Below, one piece after another: positions 18,476-33,288 of a DNA stretch of 64,000 nt. A model generated the notes under the pieces. That model was not told where the DNA came from and ran no database searches. It was given only the letters and a program-made list of their open reading frames with translations. A program made the position numbers and the translations under genes. Position 1 is the first letter of the stretch; the number at the start of each line of letters is the position of its first letter. The stretch comes from Microbotryum violaceum (taxonomy: Eukaryota), in assembly GCA_001244265.2 (NCBI GenBank), contig CDLV01000014.1, positions 682,001 to 746,000 on the forward strand. Direction: 5' to 3'.

Positions 18476-20480
18476 TCAGGCCGACTCGGAGTTGTCTGCG
18501 CAGCTGAAGGCGGTCAAGGCTTTGCCCGCGTACGGGGCTCGGATTAACACGGTCGAACCGTACGTTCTATAAAGAGGAAAAACCGCTTGTCAGACTACTC
18601 TTATCGCACACGACAGTCGAACTCGTGGTCAGACTCACCCGGCCACCATGAGGAAAGCCCCTCCCGCAATCATCCAGATATTCCATGCTACCAAAGCTCT
18701 ATACCTCCACGTCGTATTCGAATGTCGCTCCTCCAAATGATCGTACAGCCACATCACACCCATGATACTCAAAGTCATCATCGTACCGAACAGCGATCCA
18801 ACGAGATCGATCAAGCCGCTAAAGACGGGGATCGCTTCGGCGATGAAGAAGGCGAACGTGACGCAGCCGAGCACGAGTGAGAGCCAAGTGATCCAATGAA
18901 TCGCCGAGTTGGAGACGAGGTGGGGTCCTCCGCGGAGTAGACGGACAAAGAAGTACTTGGCAGAGAGGTGGAGGTATATGACAGAGCTGCCAAGCGTCGT
19001 CCAAGTGAAGATGAGCGGACTAGTGGGCAGGGGGCCTCGCGCAGGAGACGAACTTACCCGACGATCAAAGCTGGCAGCGCAAGACCGTAGCACACCTTCT
19101 TGAGGACGGGACCGGCCGATCCGAGAGCGGGAGATGTGACATATTCTCCGCAGAATGCGTAAACGATAATCCCGACGACCAGGTAGACGAACGTGATGGA
19201 GCCTTGGCACAGAAGCACCGTCTTTGGAAAGTCCTTGGGGTCGCGCATCTCGGAGACCACGTTGAAAAACGCAGGCGTACCACCGAACCCGACCACGATC
19301 GTCCCTAGAGCACTCAAAGCTTTATAAAATTTCGGGTGTCCCACCAACTGAAAGTGTCCGTCCCATGCACCCGTCTGAGGTGCTGCGGCAGGTCGATCCT
19401 GGACACTGACTGCAACTCCGAGTGTGAAGATGGCTGAGAGGATTGAGACCATTCCTATCCACCCGAGGAACGAGATCTTGTCAATCGTACGAATAATGGA
19501 CAAGAAGTATACGGCGATGGATCCTGCGGCAACGAAAGTCACGCTGCATGTCCCGTGATTGGTCAGGGCGTTGAGTGCGATCGAGATGCTGAGTAGCCCA
19601 GAGGCACAGATGCACAAGGTGTCTGTCGTGAGAAGTCTGATGAGCGCGGGGTTTCGGAGTGGACTCTCATAGCGGCAGGACTCACACAAGGCGTAGAGGG
19701 TGCCCAAGAGTTCTTTTCCAAAGCGTCCGCCAAGAATGAAGCCTACATCCGCGATCGAATGTACTTCAGGATGTCGCAACTTGAAACTGACCGCGGCGAG
19801 GCGGCAAAGTCCGAAGGTTTCAGCACGAGTACTTTCCGTTTCAAGACACAGCGATACTCGTTCAGTGCTTACGTGCCGATAACATAGCTACTCCAAGTCG
19901 ACATCATAGACAAACCGATAATTCCTAGAATACCAGGAATGAGTCCGATCGCCGAAAAGACGAATGGAACCCCTACAGCGCTCGCCTGATAGATAATCAG
20001 CGACTTTTGCCTCACGAGCCCGATAATCTCCGAGCACTTGTGCACAGTCGCATGAGACCCACCTAGAACTCCGAGCCCGACCTGCGACTTCCTGTCGAAG
20101 TATTCGGAAGTTGGTAGGGCTGTCAGCTAGATTATAACAATGCGGCTGACACAGCGGCCCGCTGTACTAGAAGCTTGCGAAAGGCGCCGCGGAAAAAGCG
20201 TACATGAGAAACACGGCCGCTCGGATCCAGCCGACATTGACGTAGCTAGGTTCGCGGAAAAACAGGCGGGAGTCGTTAGCTTTTCCGAGCTAAAAGGTTT
20301 CGAGAAGCACGTCGAGTCTCACTTGGGAGCGCCATCAATTCGAGGGATGCCGAAGACGGCATCGTGGCCCTTGACGAACGTCGTTGCTGGGGCATCGGCG
20401 TTTACACGTTTTTTGGAGATGTCCAGGGACGGGAGCTCCTTGTCGGTCATTTCGCTCGTGGTTTCGCCAGATCCCAACAT
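18476..20480 (-). CDS. Mtr-like neutral amino-acid transporter (Aa_trans/AAAP), copy 1
   Basis: DAVFG, KSQVGLGVL, HPEVHSIADVG, FGGTPAFFNVVSEMRDPKDF, SPALGSAG, FSCADNS C-terminus. Confidence 0.9.
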
Positions 20481-21106
20481 CAGGTTGAAGGTAGCGCTCT
20501 TGTGAAAGGGAGAGGTGGTGAGGGTTTCGTGCGTCTTGGAGAGGCAGGAAAGCAAGACCGGAAGCTGGACGCTCGGAGGCAATGCATCGGAAAGGAGCAG
20601 GCGGCGAAGCGGGCGAGGTCCTCTCACCGCCACCTTTAGCCAATCAGTGCACACTAGGTATCACTATTTTAGATCCGGGTAAAGTCGGGTAATTATGGCG
20701 GATGACCCCCTGAATTCGGTCAGGGGCCAGCTGGCAACAGCATTTGTGGCTACTAGCGGGTACCTGATACTGAAATGTTCGGGTGGCGGCCCGGTGGCCC
20801 ACCGAGCTGGGACAGGGGCGTCGAGTTAGCCTTCGGAATCCACGCCGGAGGAAGGAAATCGCCTTCAAAGGACCACTGCCGGATATTCGACGGCGCACAT
20901 ACAGCGTGTACGTCTTCATAAGGCTATACGACAATGTTAGTACTGGGAGGACATCTTCGAGTGTATTTTCGATACCATTGGCTTGGCAGGCGTCGTTAGC
21001 CGTGATCTGACGAACGAATTTCGGCCGACCTAGAGGATCGCTCATCACCCACACAAAAAGGGGCATGTATTGCACTTCCAAGACACGTAGCAGCATCATT
21101 GCGCAC

Positions 21107-23046
21107 TCAAACGGAGTTGTCTGAGCACCTAAAGATAGGCAATGCTTTGCCCCGGTGCGCCACAATCATGAGAGCGACCGACACATAAGTACTGTGAAGA
21201 AGTAACTCAACGTGTCAGTCCGTGGAGATCAGGTTGAACCAGTGTGACCTTGCTTCATCCGAACTCACCCCGCAATGCAAATAAAAAGACCCCCTACAAT
21301 CATAAAGATGTTCCAAGCCACAAGACCCCTGAACCTCCACGTCTGTTCGCAATGCCGCCGATGAAAATTATCGTACAGCCACATCATCCCCATGATGTTA
21401 ATGCTCATCAGGCTCCCAAAGAGCGCGCCGACGAAGTCGACCAAGTGCTCGCTGACCGAGACGGCTTGGGCGACGAAGAAGGCCACCACAAGACAAGCAG
21501 TGACGCTCGAGATCCAAGTGATCCAGTGCTTGACGGAATTTGTTGTGAGATGCGGGCCTCCGCGCAAGACACAAACGAAGATGTATTTCGCCGCTAGGTG
21601 GAGGTAGATGATGGAACTTCAATCCATGGAACATGGGAATGGTCATTTTAAGCAGTAGCTACGGCTTCGAAACGCAGTGTATTGACGTACCCAATGATAA
21701 TGGCCGGGGAGGCAAGAGAGTAGCATACCTTCTTAAAGACGGGTCCAGCTGACTTCAAGGCGGGTGACAATACCACGTCGCCGCAAAAGATGTAGATCAC
21801 CAGCCCGACAAGCAGGTAGGTCCCGGTGGTGAACCCCTGGCAGCAGAGCACGACCCGGTGGAACTTTTTCGGTTCGCGCATCTCTGCGACGACCGTGAAG
21901 AATGCTGGAACACCTCCGTAAGCGAACACTATCGAGCCAAGGGCGTGCGTTGCGTCGACCAAAGAGGGTCTGCCGAGGAAATGGAACGTGGCCAGCCCGT
22001 AGTCGGTGTGTCTCGAGGCCGATGGCTGCTTGTTCTGCAGGGCGATAACGATCGCTGTCGTCGTCACGGCTATCAAACTTGAAGTGACACCGATCCATCC
22101 CAAGAATGAAAGCTTACCAATTGTTCGGATGATGGCGAATATATAGGTGATTACTGCGGATACTAGGACGAACCAAACGGTGCAGGCGGAGTGGTTCGAA
22201 ACCGCATTGAGGGCGGTCGAGAATCCCAATAGTCCACCCGCACAAACCAAGAGCATGTAGAAGGTGTACACGACTCCAAGTACCTCCTGTCCGATATGAC
22301 CACCGAGGATATATCCAGCGTCAGCAATTGAATGCACTTCTGGGTGACGCAGCTTGAATCTGTGCGGCGTGGCAGGGTGGAAGTGGGCACCATCAGCTCC
22401 TGGCGCCTGGGAACTGGGCTCTACAGATTCTTCACTCGGTGGGTCGGGTCCACCCCTTCCCTCCTTTGAGAATTGCTATACTCACGTCCCCACCACATAG
22501 GCACTCCATGTCGTCATGGTTGAAACTAAGATGAGCATCAGAACGCTGGGCACGAGTCCCACTTTCGAGAAAACTCGAGGAAGAACTGAATGGTACAGGG
22601 AGGTGGGTATACTTCTCTCACCAGCCCAAGCTCCACTCTCCATATCCGATGCTCTATGACACTCGAATACTCGCCCAGTATGCCCAGGCCGATTTGGGTT
22701 TTCCTGTTCAAGTCCCGACATTTCACACAGGTCTCATGAGCTGAGCTGCCACAGAAGAGATATTCCTCGCGCGAGCACTCGTCAACTCGCATGAGGAACA
22801 CAGTGGCATGCACCCAGCCGAGGGTGACAAAGCTAGGAAGAGTGCATTCGTTGAATTTACAAATCTTCCAACTGAATCGTTGTAACAGGGCGATTTTTTA
22901 CACACTGAACGCCCTGTTTCTGTGTGATACCGAAGACAGCATCCTTTTCGGTGTCTGGGTCCGAACTTGGCAGCGTAGGAACATCGAGAGTCTTCCTCGC
23001 GCAAGCCTTCGAGCGACTTGTCATCCACCTGAGTTGTAGGATCCAT
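21107..23046 (-). CDS. Mtr-like amino-acid transporter, copy 2 (divergent; apparent frameshift in exon 1)
   Basis: DAVFG, TQIGLGIL, HSIADAG, YGGVPAFFTVVAEMREPKKF, SPALKSAG, FRCSDNS. MDPTTQ...LREE is out of frame with ...DAVFG by one base near 22995. Confidence 0.85.
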
Positions 23047-23809
23047 TTGCAAATGATCCAGCAATTTCGTTTAATTGTTTTGCGACGCAATAGCTCCGTG
23101 CGTTCCGATCCTCCGTGAATGAACTGCCGAGGCTTGAGAAAGTGAAGCTGGTACCGATTTTGGCAGCTGGCTTTGTGGCGCTTCCCAGTTGGGAATCGCG
23201 ATCGAACTTCGATGGGGCCGGGGTTGAACTTGTGGAAGAAGGAGAAGGAGCACGCACTCAGATCCACTTGGCAGGTCAGAACCGCCGTACTCATGCCGAA
23301 TCCTTCCCACCACATGTATACGCTGTTGCAGGCTACACGTGTCGCAGCTGCTTCCAATACCTATAGCGGCGCCTTTCCGGACACTCGGCCGATGCCGGGG
23401 CCGATGGGCGGTACACTCGGCGATCTCTGCCGCATTCAGCCTTTGCTCGCAGCCGCGTGTCAAAAATCCGAGGCCTTTTACACAACTGTCCTGCTCGCAT
23501 CATCTGCATATTGCCCCAAGTCTGCCAGGAACCGCGGAAAAAGGGCTTGGCGGAATAGTGCGCTACACATGCACGACTTTGCGTCGTCACTCGTCACGAA
23601 TATTTGAGGCGTTCGTAGTAACCGCTGCGACCCAAAGCTCGGATGGCTGGACAAAGAGTCGCTTAATTGATTTCAAGGACCGGCCGGTCTCGAACAAGCA
23701 CTCGCGAGGTATACCTAAGTACAAAAGAAAACCCATTATACGTGATTTCTTTACCTACATTCGCTGATTGGCCTCCTAAGCAAATTATTTGACCACCGTT
23801 CCACAGCTC

Positions 23810-25757
23810 TCACTGCGAGTTGTCTGCGCAGCTGAAAACGGTCAAGGTCTTGCCCGCATAATCATTGACGATAGACTTGATGGACGCATATGTTCTATGA
23901 TGTTAGATAAGGCAGGTTTTTTTTTTTCCAAATGAAAAATCATGAGGGAGGGTCAATCAGTGCCGAAACTTACCCTGAAATCATGATGAATGTCCCGGCG
24001 GCGATCAAGTACACGTTCCACGCCATCAGCGCTCTGAACCTCCAGGATTTGTCCTCGCGTTGACGTCCAAAATTGTCGTAAAACCACATAGCACCCATGA
24101 CGTGCATGTTCATCAAGCTGCCCAAGAGTGCTCCGATCAATCCGATTAGCCCACCAAAGACGGGGATCGCCTCGGCGACGAAAAAGGCAAACGTGACGCA
24201 GCCGAGCACGAGTAAGAGCCAGGTAATCCAGTGAGTTGAGCTATTTGAGTTCAGATGTGGACCGCCTCGTAGCGCGCGAACAAAAAAGTATTTTGCCGTC
24301 AGATGGAGGTAGATGCCGGATCTGCGGGGTGCCGACGCGTCAGTAACTGCAAACTCAGTGCGAGCAAAAACTGCAAACAGTGGCGAGACGAACCCTACAA
24401 TGAGCGAGGGTAGAGCAAGACCGTAGCAAACCTTCTTCATCATTGCTCCCGCGGACCCCAAAGCAGGGGATGCAACGTATTGGCCGCAGAAGAACCAGAT
24501 GATCACTCCAAGGAGGATGAACACGGTCGTTACGACGCTCTGACACAGGGCGATAGTCTTGGGGAAATCCTTGGGCTCACGCATCTCGGAGAAGACGGTG
24601 AAGTACGCTGGCGTGCCACTGAAGGCAAATACGAGGGTACCTATCGAACTTGATGCATCGGCGAATGATGGGTTGCCGAAAAAACGCTGATTCTTGCTCC
24701 ATGGTCCGGTCGGAGGTGCTGCGGCAGGCCTATCTTCGACGCCGACAGCGACGGCAAGTGTGAAGAGCGCAGATAGTACCGAAGCCAACCCGACCCAACT
24801 GAGGAATGAAAGCTTGTCGATGGTGCGGATGCTCGCGAGAATGTAGACGATGACGCCCCCCACGACGACGAAACCGACGGTGCACGCTCCGTGGCTTGAG
24901 AGCGCATTGAAAGCGATGGAGATGCTGAGTAAACCAGAGGCGCAAACACACAGCATGACTGCAGGCGGTAGCAAAATATTCAGAATACAGAAATATTACG
25001 GTGGGCTTGCTGGAACATGGTCACTCACAGAGTGAACACATAATCCCAAGGGCTTCTTGTCCGACCCGGCCGCCGAGCACGAAACCGGCGTCTGCGATTG
25101 AGTGGCATTCAGGGTGACGCTGCTTGAACCTAGACGGTGTGCCATGTTCTCAGTGCGCACCAGCAGCTATTTGTTTGAGTGAGGACATGGTATAAGTATA
25201 CGCACACTCCTACCACGTAGGCGCTCCATGCGGCCATCACACCAAGGATGATGATGAGAAAAAGACCGGGGAACAGTCCGACCGTCGACATTACTTGAGG
25301 TATCCCTGCGTTTTTACGAGAAGGGAAGGTCGTGCATCAGTACCCTTCAGCGACCGATATGCACATAAAGAGCATACTGATTGACTCACCCAAGACCCCG
25401 AGCCCGATCTGCGCTTTCCTGCATTCGCTCGTGTGGTCAGATGAGTGGATGTTCGGAGAGGGGCACTCTCGGCGGAAAGCCCATTCACATCAAAAAAACA
25501 GCTGCCCTGATCCATCCGACGTTGAGGTAACTGCAAACGGTAAAAACAAATAAGTGTCTGAATTGGCTTCCATCCCGTTTCTTATCGATGGGTCACTCAA
25601 CGCACTTAGGTCCGTCCGCGTTAACTCCGAAGACGGCGTCACCCGCGACGGGGACCGTGCCCGGCGACTCCCTGTTGTCCACCGTCACAGCCTCTAGTCC
25701 TTTCGCGTGACTAATGTTGTCCTCGAGGTCGCTCTTCTCATTCGAAATGGACTGCAT
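23810..25757 (-). CDS. Mtr-like amino-acid transporter, copy 3
   Basis: DAVFG, KAQIGLGVL, HPECHSIADAG, FSGTPAYFTVFSEMREPKDF, SPALGSAG, FSCADNSQ*. Confidence 0.9.
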
Positions 25758-26635
25758 TGTGTGAGATAGGTTGAGTAGCAGGTGAGGGCGCTTGGGAGGG
25801 GACGACGATTCCGCCAAGTCTTGACCGAGTTTGGGGGATGGGGAGCAAGGACAGGAAGCAAAGGGGAGAGGCCTGGGGCTTTCGACAATCGATCACGCAA
25901 ACGTCCGAAAGGAGCGTAGAAAGCTAGGGTACTAATGGGCGGAGAAAGAGTCGACGTACTCCACGACGACTGGCATTAATGATTCATCCTCCTAGCCTAA
26001 ACTCTGGCGAAGTACCTCAGGAGAGCGAGGGCGACCAAGCTAAAGCATGAGCGTCTTTGTTGAGTCCGACAAAATTTACATGTCCGACGGCGTCGCCCTC
26101 GGCGTAGCCCGAAGCTCGGCCTTAGTCGACTAGTCCTTGAATAGGGGACGCACTGCGTCAATTTTGGCCGGCTGCGACTTGGGGGCGAGGCCAAGCCACA
26201 TTGCTCTATACTGGACCGTCGAGAGTAGCTAGTCCCTCCATTTATTATATTATATTATTGAGACGTCGCAGGTACTCATCGAGACCGATGCAGGGATCTA
26301 GCTGGACCAATCGAACAGGGGATACGTCTCCTAGATCACCATGACCGAGTCACCGGGTGGGCTTAACTTGGCTTGCGACCTCGGGCAATGGTTTTGTATC
26401 AATTCGCCGCCGGGAACCGGGATTCTTGTGCACTACTTCGGAGGTACGTACACCACCTCTGTGAGTCGAACGGTTCATGTTCTTCCGAAGCACGGAAGCA
26501 AGCGGCTGACAGATAATAATGCATACATAGCGAATACAGGAGTCGGTACAGTGAGGAACTACGTGACCGGTGGGGTGGACATCGCTCATCGGATCGTACA
26601 CAAAAAGACACGGACTTAAGAATGCCAAGAGATCC

Positions 26636-29550
<2,915 letters not shown>

Positions 29551-29966
29551 CGTCCCTTCTCACGAACACCCGGGATGGACTCAAGAGTATTGTGAACGAA
29601 GCAGCGCGGCGCCCCGTGCTTGCAAGGAGGGAAGGCGACCGCGACGACGAACGAACGCTTCGGACCGATCGACGCGTCGCTGCGCGGTCTTGCGCGGTTC
29701 AGTGACGCGCTATGACCTCGTCGTCCGCTTGGCGCCGCATCAGGACTCTTGCGCGAATACAGCGTGAACAGGTGCCATTGGGGAACAAAAGATAGGCTCA
29801 CAAAAGCCATTTCCATCCGATTCGGGGGAACGCTACTCTAGTCTCTGGTCGTTTGGCCAGGAGACTTTCCGAGTCGAGAGGAATATCGAACATTCTGCCA
29901 CTCCATGTGCATGAGCCGTTTCGCTGACATCAACGGCAATATAATATACAACGTCGTGAAAACGGT

Positions 29967-30021
29967 TCGTTACATCGTTACATCGTTACATCGTTACATC
30001 GTTACATCGTTACATCGCTAC
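29967..30021. repeat. (TCGTTACA)6+ 8-bp tandem repeat just 3' of the glutaredoxin gene
   Basis: Six perfect units plus a degenerate seventh. Confidence 0.92.
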
Positions 30022-30050
30022 GTGGTAGCTAGTATAAATCGTTACCAAAC

Positions 30051-31907
30051 TCAGTTGGCCTCATTATGCTCCACCACCTTCTTAGTCTTCTTCTTTTTCC
30101 TCCGCTTTTTCCGCTCGAGGTTGTGCTGAACCCCTGCATCGTCCAACAACGCTGCGAGCTGTTTCTGCTCGGCCAGGTATTCGAGCTCACTTGAGCCTCC
30201 GATGGAGCGGCCCCCGACGAGAATATTGGGGTACCCTTGGTGATCGGTCCGTCGGTACAGGAGTGCACTCAAAGGTTTTTGGTCGGCTGCGGTGGAAGAT
30301 GGAGGTAAGGTCCCATGTAGCAAACGCACGAGTCTGAAGCAAAGACTCACGTCGTTGGTCAACCATTACTACATACGGCTCTGGTGACAGCTTGAGCTCC
30401 TTGAGGTAGCCGATGGCCCATTTGCACGGTCTGCGCGACGAAACGAACGCCATCAGCTCGGATCCGACTCAACGCGTCGGGAGGACTGAAAGAGAACAAC
30501 TCACGTGCAGTCGGATTGCGAAAAGACCACGATCGGAACTCGCCGTACCAGCTTTTCAAGCTGCACCTCCAAAGCACTTTTGACCCTCTCACCATCGCTG
30601 ATAGCGTAGATCCTGCTCCATGCTTCGGCCGCCTCCTTCCTCTTGCCCTCGTCGTCCCTGACCTGATCCCTCAAGGGCAGGTGATCGACGCTACCTCTCT
30701 TCTTCGCATCCTCCATGATCTTTTTTGTGTTGACCTCGTCTTCCTCGTCGAGGTATTCCCATGCCTTTTCCAGAATGAATTGCTCTAAAGCGTGCCGCGG
30801 GGACTTGGGCTTCATCATCTCCATGACCTCGCGGATGTCTTCGGCCTCCTCTCGCTCCTCGTCCGTGAGGTTCGCTTCATCCTCTTCGAGCTTGTCCTGT
30901 TCAGCCTTCATCGCGTCGGCTTCGATGAGTCCAGCGCCTTCTTCGAGATCCTCTTCTTCTTCTTCGAAATCGTCGCCATCACGTCCCGAAAGTCGACTCG
31001 CCTTTTTCAGTTGCTCCTCCTTCTGCATTCGCGCCAGCAGTGCTTCGGGCGAGGTCGCAATTTTTCTCATGTCGGCACCTTCACCGAGCCAAACCCCACT
31101 CCCGACAATGCCCGTACTCCATTCGACCGAAGCGCCACCCATGACACCTCTCCGCTCATTCCCGAGGCCACCCTCACTCTTCTTCTCGAGCTCGGAGGGC
31201 GACATCTGTTCGCGGTCCTTCATCAGCTTGGCCCATGCCTCGACGCTCCCGATCGGCAAATCGCACTTCCTGACTCGGTACCAGGGTTCATCCGAGAGCC
31301 CTTTGACGTCGACTCGGTCCGTGATATCGTTGTAGACCTTGGGCGTATGTTCCAACATGCCTTGGCGCGCCCTGCCCAATCCGACGTGGTCACCCCAATT
31401 GACAACCGAGTGAAGGGGCTGCCAGCGCAGAGGTTCATGCAGGATCGGGTCCCTGCTCCCTACTCCGGGGATACCGAACCTCCATCCAGCGGGTAGGACG
31501 TGTCGTTTTACGGCTGCGAGTAGAGGGTTCTTGGATTTGGCTTGCGGAGAGTTGGATCCGTTGCTGCTGTACGGGCTCGAGTAGGAGCTCGACGATGGCG
31601 CGAGGACGAGCAGGTAGATCACGATCAAGGCGAAGAGTAGGCCGATCGGTTGTAGATGTCCACTGTGTTGGTTGATGGCATTCTGAATCGGCAGAGGGAG
31701 GAGGAGGGACAACTTGTGGAGGAGGGCGTATGGTCCCGATTGGTGTTGACGTTTCCGGTGCGGATCATCGTCGTCGGATCGCGAGGCGTGGTCGCGTCCC
31801 GACCCCAAAGACGGGTTGGACTTTTTCGAGCTCAGACTGTTGGTGAGGGAGGACAGGGGGAGTCGAGAGCCCGACGATTGGTTCTGGGTCCCCGGTAATG
31901 GAAGCAT
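30051..31907 (-). CDS. Membrane-anchored protein with C-terminal glutaredoxin domain
   Basis: TM segment IGLLFALIVIYLLVLA and an acidic linker. Then PIVVFSQSDC-T-PCK (CTPC after splicing), PYVVMVDQR, YPNILVGGRSIGGSSEL. Confidence 0.85.
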
Positions 31908-32247
31908 CACGCCCCGGAACACGATGCGACGACGACCACGACGAACGCAAGAGATCGACCGGCGCGTCTTAACTCGTGCAGTCGTCGTCAAATGCCGGAC
32001 TCTGCCGGACTCCGTAAAGACTCCGTAACGTGTCGTCTCCTCGGTTGTTCACTTGGTCAGACTCTAGGTGTACGATACCACAGTCGGGCAAAGCTATTAT
32101 CGGATTATATGCGGTTGCCTCATCGGATTTTCCAAAACATATGACATTGCCAACATAAAGCGAGGAGATAAGCTTCCTTCGCTCGAGCTCGGACCTCTTC
32201 GTCGGCCGATAGAAACGATCCCAGCCACAGCTTCCTGCAGCTCACCC

Positions 32248-32806
32248 TCACTTCTTTCCCGACTTTTTGACTGTGAGTGACATCGGACCGGTTTACGTCA
32301 GATAGGTGCTACGTTCTCATGGCAAAGATTACTGCACTTACTACCTCCACCACCGGCGAGGGGACCGCCTTTCGCTGCTCGGGCTTGGGCGTCCTTCAAC
32401 TTTGCTGCGTCGGCCTTCTGCTTGGCCTTGAACTGTAGAAGGGATCGGTGTTAGATGCTTTGACTTCCTCAGCGAAGGAGGGCAATCGAGACGAGGTCTT
32501 ACGTCGGCACTGTGGCGCGAGGGACAGGCCAGAGGGTCAGGATTCAGCTTCGCGTGTTGTGACCCTGTGTATATGCATCATTGCACTCACTCATCGGGAT
32601 CCTCCTCGGCCTGGGTCTTCTTGGGTGCTTTGAGGGGCTTGAGTTTGCCGCCTGCGTGACGTGTCGAAAGGAAGCAGCAGCAGAGTGATTGCGACGAATG
32701 ACGAAAGCGACAGGGATGGTGGTCGTTAGCGTCATCACGCCTATCTCTGATGCATCCTGACTTGCCCTCGTGGCGACACATCCAACTTGCCTGCTCGTCC
32801 CGACAT
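32248..32806 (-). CDS. TMA7: Translation machinery-associated protein 7
   Basis: MSGRAG-GKLKPLKAPKK...-FKAKQKADAAKLK...KGGPLAGGG-IKKSGKK*; first intron appears to be GC-AG. Confidence 0.92.
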
Positions 32807-33288
32807 GTTGATGAGTAGTAGAGTGCAAGAAGGGGTGTGAGAGGTGGAAACGGGTCCAAGCCTCCGCGAGAGGAGACAGGTGACTCTAATTGACCGCGCT
32901 TCTAATCGGAATCGGTGGTGCTAATGCGGCTTCCTTGGTAGCGCATTCCGCCAACTCCCGCCAAAGCCCGAGTCGGGGGGGAGCTCACCCGACACCCGGC
33001 TAGAAGCTCCCTTGCTCCTGTCTCCTCAGTGGCCCGCTAGACCCGATTAGCTATCTCCTGTCCGAATCGAGGAAGGTTCTCACTTCCCCACACCCGATGA
33101 GATGAGCTCGAGCTACGAAAGAGACACGAAGGACTCGAATCTGCACATCCAGAGTCAGTCATCGCGTAATGGTCGTCGTTCGATCTTGATTTTGAACTCT
33201 ACGTTGCCGTTGGCTGACCGGCTTACCTCGGCACCTTCTCCCTGCGCGCGCCTGGCTCCATTCTTGCTCTCGTCGTCGAGCAGTCGCG

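Noticed and set aside
26000-26620. Small ORFs in intergenic gaps (also 36200-37250, 43700-44200 and 47380-47970) as genes or TE relics
   Set aside because: I found no recognisable domains, terminal repeats or consistent splice structure, so no call can be supported without a search.
29967-30021. Short tandem repeats (here, 14701-14735 and 59028-59063) as CRISPR-like or guide arrays
   Set aside because: They have no spacers and are simple microsatellites far from the Fanzor-like gene.
32880-33010. Possible tRNA or other ncRNA between TMA7 and the GT64-like gene
   Set aside because: No cloverleaf or A/B boxes could be identified; it is more likely a divergent promoter.
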